Shown here: positions 24,693 through 31,087 of the stretch, piece after piece
Numbering within the stretch: position 1 is the first letter of the stretch
How the letters are laid out: every line of letters begins with the position of its first letter
Assembly (NCBI GenBank): GCA_031256895.1
Contig: JAIRPR010000165.1
Coordinates: 1-45,237, forward strand
Reading direction: 5' to 3'
DNA length: 45,237 nt
Origin: Coriobacteriaceae bacterium
Lineage (GTDB): Bacteria; Actinomycetota; Coriobacteriia; Coriobacteriales; Eggerthellaceae
Notes under the pieces: model-generated
Told to the model about the DNA's origin: nothing
Seen by the model: the letters and a program-made list of their open reading frames with translations, nothing else
The model's database searches: none
Made by a program: the position numbers and the translations under genes

Positions 24693-26426
24693 ATGATGGA
24701 AGATTCCGAACAGCACCTGTCAGAGGAAGGCTTTCACCCAAACGGCACGCTTGGCCATGACGGCCAGAAGCAACGAAGTGCCCCAGGTTTGGAAGGTGCC
24801 AATGAACAGGACACCGGTGTCGTTTCCTTGTCTTCCTGTACCATGCAACGAAGTGCCCCAGGTTTGGAAGGCGCCGGTGAGGGCGATGGCCGAACCAAGG
24901 CCCTCCAACAGCCATGGAAGACAAACAAATGGGCTGCCTTGGGGGCAATCTCGTTGGGCACCTTGGTCACCTCGGTCAACGCGAGCAGCATCAACATTGC
25001 CAACCCGGTGCTCGCGGGCGAGTTCGGCATCAGCATGGCACAGGTCCAGTGGGTGGTCACGGTGTACCTTATCGTGGTCAGCTCCTTCATGCTGTTGTTC
25101 GGGCGCGTGGGCGACCGCAGGGGAAGCCACCGCGTGTATATCGCTGGCTGTGCCATCTTCAGCGTAGGCACGCTTCTCTGTGCTTTGTCGGGCGGCTTGC
25201 CTGATGCTTTGGTGGAGGCCTTCTCGGGCGGGTCTGCAGCCGTATCCCAACCCGGCAGCCTCCTCGGGGGGCTTTTGGGCCCGCTTTCACGGTCAGCTGT
25301 TGAAGGTACGGGGGAAAGCTTTGTGTTCTTGCTGGTTGCGCGGGGTATCCAAGCGCTGGGGGCAGCCATGATGCTTGCCACCGGAATGGCGCTGGTATCG
25401 ACCATCTTCCCTCAGGCGCAGCGCGGCACCGCGATAGGCATGACCGTGCTGATGGTGGGCATAGGCAATATGTGTGGGCCTTCTGCAGGGGGCTTGATCT
25501 TGTCCTTTGCGTCGTGGCCGATGATATTTGCGGTCAACCTGCCAGTCATGTGCGTGGCAACGTTGCTGGCCGCCTGCCTGCTGCGGTCCCCGGTGCCACC
25601 TGTTTTGGACAGCCCGCCACTGGACACCCGGGGGGCTTTTGTCCTGGCAGGGCTTATTAGCTCGGCAATAGTGGGGCTGAGCGGGGGATTTACGGGAAGC
25701 CAGTGGTTCTTGCTCCTGCTTGTTGCTTTGATCCCCGTGTTCATCCTGGTGGAACGCAAGCAGGCACAGCCGCTGCTCGACCGCAAGATCATGCGTAACC
25801 GGCGCTTCTCTTTGGGCAACCTGGTGACGTTCTTGAGCTATGCCGCGGGTATGATGGTCAGCTTTCAGGTGCCCTTCTTCCTGGAACAGGTATGGGAGAT
25901 GTCGGTGGGCGAAGCGGGCATGCTGCTTGCCATGACCGCGTTGGGCATGGCGGTGACCGGCCCCCTTTCAGGCATCCTGTCCGATCGCGTGGGCGCGCTG
26001 CGCGTCATGCCTGCATCCTTGGTGCTGTTGGTAGGGGCATTGGTGATGGTCTTCTTCCTGCCTTCCCAGCCTTCAATCCCTTATGCAGCCGTTTGTCTGG
26101 TGCTTGTCGGTTGCGGGATGGGCACCTTGAACACCCCCAACAACAGCGAGATAATGACTGCAGCGGGCAGACGCTTTGCAAGCTACGCCAGCGGGTTTGT
26201 CGCGACCAACCGCAACCTTGCCTTCTGTCTGGGCACGGCTGCTTCTGCCGGTCTGTTCTCTTTGTTCCGGTCGGTCTGGGGGCAAAGCCTCCCGGATGAC
26301 GCCGCCTACCTTTTCGCGTTCCGTTGCGTGATAGGGCTCACGATTGCCCTGATGGCGGCTTCGTTAGTGCTTTGCCTCCATATGAGGAAGGTCCAGGCCG
26401 CGCCTCAAGCAGGTTTTGGGGAATAG
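24693..26426 (+). CDS. MFS transporter, DHA2/EmrB-like drug:H+ antiporter family
   Basis: About 14 hydrophobic helices with LGTLVTSVNASSINIANPVL, motif-A-like FGRVGDRRGSHRV and GxxxGP motif C (MVGIGNMCGPSAGG). The first roughly 60 codons are repeat-derived and non-homologous, so the true start may be ATG 24843. Confidence 0.85.
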   Translation: MMEDSEQHLSEEGFHPNGTLGHDGQKQRSAPGLEGANEQDTGVVSLSSCTMQRSAPGLEGAGEGDGRTKALQQPWKTNKWAALGAISLGTLVTSVNASSINIANPVLAGEFGISMAQVQWVVTVYLIVVSSFMLLFGRVGDRRGSHRVYIAGCAIFSVGTLLCALSGGLPDALVEAFSGGSAAVSQPGSLLGGLLGPLSRSAVEGTGESFVFLLVARGIQALGAAMMLATGMALVSTIFPQAQRGTAIGMTVLMVGIGNMCGPSAGGLILSFASWPMIFAVNLPVMCVATLLAACLLRSPVPPVLDSPPLDTRGAFVLAGLISSAIVGLSGGFTGSQWFLLLLVALIPVFILVERKQAQPLLDRKIMRNRRFSLGNLVTFLSYAAGMMVSFQVPFFLEQVWEMSVGEAGMLLAMTALGMAVTGPLSGILSDRVGALRVMPASLVLLVGALVMVFFLPSQPSIPYAAVCLVLVGCGMGTLNTPNNSEIMTAAGRRFASYASGFVATNRNLAFCLGTAASAGLFSLFRSVWGQSLPDDAAYLFAFRCVIGLTIALMAASLVLCLHMRKVQAAPQAGFGE

Positions 26427-26452
26427 TTCGCTATCAAGTGGGAAGGGGCAGC

Positions 26453-27337
26453 ATGGTCGAGTTCGGCATAGGGCGCATGGCAGACCTTAATTGCGTCAGT
26501 GAAAAGGCTTTGCGGCTCTACCAGCAAAAAGGGCTGCTTGAGCCTATACGGGTCGATGAATCGACCGGCTACCGTTATTATTCGTATGAGCAATGTTCCA
26601 CCGTGGACATGATCCAACAGCTGCAATACCTGGGGGTCTCCCTTGACGAGATAAAGCAGCTGCACGACAGCCACGCCATCGAGAACCTGGCAGAAGTGCT
26701 TGAGGCGCGCCTTTGTGCCATTGATGAAGAGATGCTTGACTTGCGGGTGGCCAAGCGCAATGCCGAGCTTCTGATGGAGAATTACCGTATCCTGACCGAG
26801 AAGTCGATCTGCGACCAGGTAATACTTGAACACCTGCCCGTACGAAGGCTGATAACGTTTCCCCTTTTCAACGAACGTGCGATTGCTTTGAGCCAAAACG
26901 TCGAGACCTTCCTCAAGGAATGGGAGTTGAACCTCCGGCTTACCAAGCGGCATATGCGTGATGCGGGGATGCCCCTTTCCCTGTTCCATCGGGTAGGATG
27001 TTCGATAGACAAGGAAGACCTGCTTGCGCGGGATTTCCGTTTGAAATCATCGTTCATCCTGGTCGATGAGGTAGCCCTTGAGCTGCTGGGCGACGCAGCC
27101 AACCTGGGCACTATAGCCGAAGGAGCGTTCCTCACCTTGTTCAAGAGCCGCTATACCGATGTCGATGGGAGCAACGCAGAGCTCAATGGCTTGCAGGCAA
27201 TACTGGACTATGCGCAAGCGCATGGATTCCAGATCGCTGGGGATTATTGGGGCGAGATCGTCGCTGAGACTCCGGCGTTTCTTTACGAGGGGCGCGAGAT
27301 GCTGTTCAAGCTTCAGATACCGGTCAGGGTTGCATGA
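26453..27337 (+). CDS. MerR-family transcriptional regulator with a GyrI-like effector-binding domain (BmrR-like)
   Basis: Start placed at ATG 26453. The HTH IGRMADLNCVSEKALRLYQQKGLLEPIRVDESTGYRYYSYEQ is classic MerR. It is followed by a coiled-coil and a roughly 170-aa GyrI-like C-terminal domain. Lies immediately downstream of the MFS pump. Confidence 0.85.
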   Translation: MVEFGIGRMADLNCVSEKALRLYQQKGLLEPIRVDESTGYRYYSYEQCSTVDMIQQLQYLGVSLDEIKQLHDSHAIENLAEVLEARLCAIDEEMLDLRVAKRNAELLMENYRILTEKSICDQVILEHLPVRRLITFPLFNERAIALSQNVETFLKEWELNLRLTKRHMRDAGMPLSLFHRVGCSIDKEDLLARDFRLKSSFILVDEVALELLGDAANLGTIAEGAFLTLFKSRYTDVDGSNAELNGLQAILDYAQAHGFQIAGDYWGEIVAETPAFLYEGREMLFKLQIPVRVA

Positions 27338-27451
27338 CGCGGCTCAGGCCGCAGAGCAGGGGAAGGCCAGGCAAGACGGCGAAGGCCGTGGAGAAGGAAC
27401 GGTGAACGCGGTAGGAAAATGCTGCCAGCATGACGCTGCTACCTGCCCGAG

Positions 27452-27565
27452 CCCGGCAACCAGCGGATGCCCAATGGAATCCCGGGAAACTGCCTAAGCC
27501 CCGGCAACCAGCCAGCGGCCGCCCCGGCAACTGCCTAAGCCCCGGCAACCAGCGGATGCCCCGGC
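27452..27565. repeat. Short direct repeats in the convergent spacer after merR
   Basis: CCCGGCAACCAGCGGATGCC at 27452 and 27541. CTGCCTAAGCCCCGGCAAC at 27490 and 27531 (period 41). Confidence 0.7.
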
Positions 27566-27624
27566 AATTTGTCCCATGGGCTTGCCAAGGCATCCGCATC
27601 TTGTGCTTTGCTCCTGTGTTTTGC

Positions 27625-27906
27625 CTACCCGGACACCCGGATGACGACGCGGGCGGCTTCGGGGGTCAGCTCGCCCTTTTCGTTCTGTGCCCGCATCAGC
27701 AGGGTATGGGTGCCTGCTTGCTCGGGCGTGAAGGAAAAGCTCCAGTTCACATTCCTGTCTGCATCGATGTCGTGCAGGGGGTAGGTGGTCCAGGTGCGGC
27801 CTTGGTCGCCGGACACCTGCAAGGCGGCCAGGGGCGAAGCAAAGTCCTGGGCGTAGCCCTCAAGCGTGAAGGGCTCGCCGACCTTTCCGTACCGTGTGCC
27901 TATCAT
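27625..27906 (-). CDS. Ig-like/beta-sandwich domain protein, paralogous to the C-terminal domain of the 28824-30428 product
   Basis: GEPFTLEGYA...LQVSGDQGRTWTTY...NWSFSFTPEQAGTHTLLMRAQNEKG parallels GKPYTFTGYA...LEFSMDGGTTWTRF...IWHFAFTPEVDSGYVLSVRAVSTNG. It is in the same reading frame as the upstream ORF, separated only by TGA GGC CTT. Confidence 0.55.
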   Translation of the reverse strand: MIGTRYGKVGEPFTLEGYAQDFASPLAALQVSGDQGRTWTTYPLHDIDADRNVNWSFSFTPEQAGTHTLLMRAQNEKGELTPEAARVVIRVSG

Positions 27907-27912
27907 AAGGCC

Positions 27913-28809
27913 TCATTCCCCCCAGAGTATGCCGACATTCGGCTGGTTTGCAGCCTGTGGCCCCAAGGCGTCAGGAGCAGCCGGGGGGTTCTCTTCCGCA
28001 GTCAGCTCGATGGCAACGATGTCGCGGGCGAAGTAGCGTGCCGCCGTGGATCCAAGCCACAGCTGGTTGCTGCACCCGAAGGCCTCGCCCATGGCTTCCC
28101 CGTTCGCCTGCGTGACTATGATGCTGTAGTGCTGCCTGATGTAGCGCAAGGGAAGGCTTATGCGGTAGCCGTCGGCAGAGACGAAGGTGATGGTGTTGAC
28201 CCCTTGCTCGGGTGCCGCTTCTTTGATAAGGGCTGCCAACATGAAGCCCTGAACAGCCACATTGGCACTGGCGCGCCCATCGGCGGGATTTCCGGCACAA
28301 GTGCAGCCCAAGACCTTGGAAGCGGGAGCCTTCTTCTCGAGGTCGGCGACCAAGGCGGTGTAGGCGTTATCGACATCGCCGCTGACCCGTATGCTGGTTA
28401 TTGCGGAAACCTGATGGGCTGGCTCACCAGGCGCAACAGCCAGAGCCTCTGGTGCGCCGTTCGCCTTGCCCTGGGCTTCGCCAGCCGTGTGCGCAAGTGC
28501 AGGCTCGAGCAGCGAAAGGCCGCAGATATGCTGTGAAGCCTTGTACAGGGAAGGGGCAAGGCTGCTGTTGTCCAGCTTGACGCCCTGGTCGTACCAGAAC
28601 GTCCCTTGTATGTTGGTGACATCCACCGTGGCCGGGGCAGCCACCGCAGTGTGGTGCGCCTCTGCTTCGTGGTGTGCCAGGGCATTGCCCTGTGGGGCAT
28701 CATGCCCCGGGGTTGTGGGCGAGGCAAGGGCTGAAACGATGGGCAGCGCCGAGACCGCCAAGGCCCCGCTTGCGGCGAGGCCGATTATCTTTGAGGGAGA
28801 AGCTTTCAT
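27913..28809 (-). CDS. Secreted sulfite-oxidase-family (Oxidored_molyb-like) domain protein
   Basis: AGGAGG SD and an N-terminal signal-like segment MKASPSKIIGLAASGALAVSALPIVSALA. LGCTCAGNPADGR resembles the Mo-ligand Cys block (CAGNRR) of sulfite oxidases. FVSADGYRISLPL and LWLGSTAARYFARDIVAIEL match the fold. Ends at an in-frame TGA. Confidence 0.65.
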   Translation of the reverse strand: MKASPSKIIGLAASGALAVSALPIVSALASPTTPGHDAPQGNALAHHEAEAHHTAVAAPATVDVTNIQGTFWYDQGVKLDNSSLAPSLYKASQHICGLSLLEPALAHTAGEAQGKANGAPEALAVAPGEPAHQVSAITSIRVSGDVDNAYTALVADLEKKAPASKVLGCTCAGNPADGRASANVAVQGFMLAALIKEAAPEQGVNTITFVSADGYRISLPLRYIRQHYSIIVTQANGEAMGEAFGCSNQLWLGSTAARYFARDIVAIELTAEENPPAAPDALGPQAANQPNVGILWGE

Positions 28810-28823
28810 GGTTCTTTCGCCTC

Positions 28824-30428
28824 CTAGCTTGCTTTTGCGTTGAACAGGACTTCGATGGGGTCTTGGGTCACATGCCCGTTGGTCGATACCGCGCGGACCG
28901 AAAGCACGTAGCCGGAATCGACCTCGGGGGTGAAGGCGAAGTGCCAGATGACCCAGCGGGCCTTATCGACTTGTGGGGTATCGAATCGTGTCCAGGTCGT
29001 GCCACCGTCCATCGAGAACTCAAGGGCGCCAATCGTTTCATCCCAGCCAGAGGCATAGCCCGTGAAGGTATACGGTTTGCCGGTCGTTATCACGGTTCCT
29101 TCAGTGAAATCGAACAGTCCGACGTTCGGTTTGTTCACGTAATCGTTCTCGTCGGTGTAAGGCCAGCCGCTGGGGGTGTAGAAGTTGCCGTCGCCTGATT
29201 CTTGTGGCCAACCGTTCCATTCATGCAGCTCTGCAGCTTCGTCTTGGGTGTTCACGATTATCTCCGAGACCTCCTTCACGCTGATGGGGGCTGCTGAGCC
29301 GGGAACATACAGCGTGACGGGGTAGCCATGCTTCCACATGAGGGGCGCCCCGTCCATCTCGTAGGTGATGTAACCTTCTGTGAAGTTGCCCATGACCATG
29401 CTTTCGGTGAAGCCGTCAGGGGCTATGGCGGTGAATGCTCCTGCGGTGGGGCTGATGCCCGCATCAGCGAACAGGGCGCTCAAGGGAATGCCGGTTATCT
29501 TGGTGTTGCCGATGAAGGGCCCGCCGATGGGGTTCAAGGTGCATTGCAGGGTGAAGGGCACGGTCTTGCTGGGGAACTTCTCGATAAGCTCGGGCAGGGT
29601 GTAGGTGCGCTCCTGAGCGACCGCGCCGCTTACGGTGATGGTCCAAGTATCGAACATCTCCTGGTCAAGTGGGGTGTTGTTGGCGTTGTTCTCGGTCCGC
29701 ATATAGTCAAGGTCGAAATAGTCCCAGCCGAAATCGAACAGTTCCTCGGCGCTTATCAGCTTGTCCTGGTCGTATGAGAAATCGCCTTGGACATCGCTTA
29801 TCGGCGTGATGCCGCGCAGCTGCCGGTACTTCGCTTCGTCCCAGAGCTGCATGCCCTCACCGCTTCCGGTGCCCACATGGCAGTTCCAGCAATCGGCACG
29901 GTCGTCCTTCTCGTGTATGCCATGCACCAAGGACCCGAACGAGTATTGGTTGGTCAGGTACCCATAGCCGAAGGTATGGCAGTCGATGCACATCTGCACC
30001 GTGATCTGGATGCCCAAGGCATTGCTCAGGTCGGTGTGGCTGTATTCCATGTTGTTCAAGGTGTTCGCCAGATCCTCGTGACAGGCATAACAGCCTTTTG
30101 CATCGGCGTTCAGGTAATAGGTGTTGTACGGTATGTTGGTCGCGGGGGTATGGTAGGTGTACGAGCCGTCAAGCGTGGTGGTCACGGTGCCGTCCTCGGT
30201 GGGGGTGCGTTGTATGCGCGTCCCATCCGGCAAGGTCTTCACGATGGGGTTGTACGGGTCGGTCTGGGGCGCCAACGACACCACTGGCGGCGTTGCATCC
30301 GGCTTTGCCACAGGCTTTTCGCCTTCTGTCTTCCCTGGCTGGGGGGAGCAGCCGAACGCGGCAAGCATCACCAAGGCGCAAAGGCCTGTCATCACTCCCA
30401 TCAAGAGCCATTTCTTCTTTCTTCTCAT
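28824..30428 (-). CDS. Extracytoplasmic (possibly lipid-anchored) trihaem c-type cytochrome fused to a sulfite-oxidase-family molybdopterin domain and a C-terminal Ig-like domain
   Basis: Start placed at ATG 30428 (GGAGAAAGGGG upstream). Signal peptide MRRKKKWLLMGVMTGLCALVMLAAFGCS. Three CxxCH motifs (CYACH, CIDCH, CWNCH). Then TWTITVSGAV..ERTYTLPELIEKFPSKTVPFTLQCTLNPIGG...ITGIPLSALF...APDGF...YEMDGAPL...HGYPVTLYVPG, typical of the Oxidored_molyb fold. The track ORF adds 77 upstream codons. Confidence 0.8.
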   Translation of the reverse strand: MRRKKKWLLMGVMTGLCALVMLAAFGCSPQPGKTEGEKPVAKPDATPPVVSLAPQTDPYNPIVKTLPDGTRIQRTPTEDGTVTTTLDGSYTYHTPATNIPYNTYYLNADAKGCYACHEDLANTLNNMEYSHTDLSNALGIQITVQMCIDCHTFGYGYLTNQYSFGSLVHGIHEKDDRADCWNCHVGTGSGEGMQLWDEAKYRQLRGITPISDVQGDFSYDQDKLISAEELFDFGWDYFDLDYMRTENNANNTPLDQEMFDTWTITVSGAVAQERTYTLPELIEKFPSKTVPFTLQCTLNPIGGPFIGNTKITGIPLSALFADAGISPTAGAFTAIAPDGFTESMVMGNFTEGYITYEMDGAPLMWKHGYPVTLYVPGSAAPISVKEVSEIIVNTQDEAAELHEWNGWPQESGDGNFYTPSGWPYTDENDYVNKPNVGLFDFTEGTVITTGKPYTFTGYASGWDETIGALEFSMDGGTTWTRFDTPQVDKARWVIWHFAFTPEVDSGYVLSVRAVSTNGHVTQDPIEVLFNAKAS

Positions 30429-31087
30429 GTTTCCCCTTTCTCCTCTTCTCTGGTCGATGGTGCCTCTGAGACACCAGGACAGGTCGGTATGACCTTTGCG
30501 TGCCCCAGGGCATCCCACCCGACGACTCATGCTTCTCAGGCTTTTCAGGCGTTCCCCGAACACGGCACCTTGCGAGGATAAACCTTGCCCCAAGGCAAGA
30601 CTCAAGGGGCAAGATTGGGCGAAAAGCGTGCGGATGCAGCTTCCCAAGGCGCGAAGCACTCGACTTCGGGGGTCATCCAGGCAAGCGTTTATGCAGGTGC
30701 TGAATCGAAGGGAAAGGGCTGGCCGTCTATCCTATCCTTATTGGAAGATAAAAAACTGCCCTAGGGGAAAGGATTGTTTGGGGTTTTGTTGCATCGCCCA
30801 CAGCGGCCGAACATCCACCGTGTAGCTCCTTTGATCGAGCCCCCAGCATACCTGCTCCATGCCGTTGGGCGAAAGCGGCTTGCGGGCGTGCCCTGCCTCT
30901 GCTAGCATGCCCCTGTTCGAGTCGCGGCCACCCCAGGAGGACACGCCCGGGGCGGCCGGTGATAGGCCTGCCGGGGAAGGCTGGGCTGCGGCGCCCCTCA
31001 GCGCTGCCGCCGCAGTCCCCCCTGAAGGCTTTGTCTGTGCCGCCCTTCTCGGAAAGGGGCGGCTTGAGTGGTGAGAGGAATGGCCTT

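Noticed and set aside
27913-27915. The in-frame TGA between the two Mo-paralogue ORFs could be a selenocysteine codon.
   Set aside because: The aligned position in the paralogue is a linker residue (Glu/Gly), not a catalytic Cys. I see no convincing SECIS-type hairpin in the 40 nt downstream. An SD plus ATG follows immediately. I kept it as an open question in the findings but did not call it Sec.
27430-30581. Plus-strand ORFs antisense to the cytochrome/Mo operon (27430-28536, 368 aa; 29787-30581, 264 aa; and others).
   Set aside because: They have no motifs and low-complexity translations. They overlap minus-strand genes that have CxxCH, Mo-domain and signal-peptide features and proper SD sequences.
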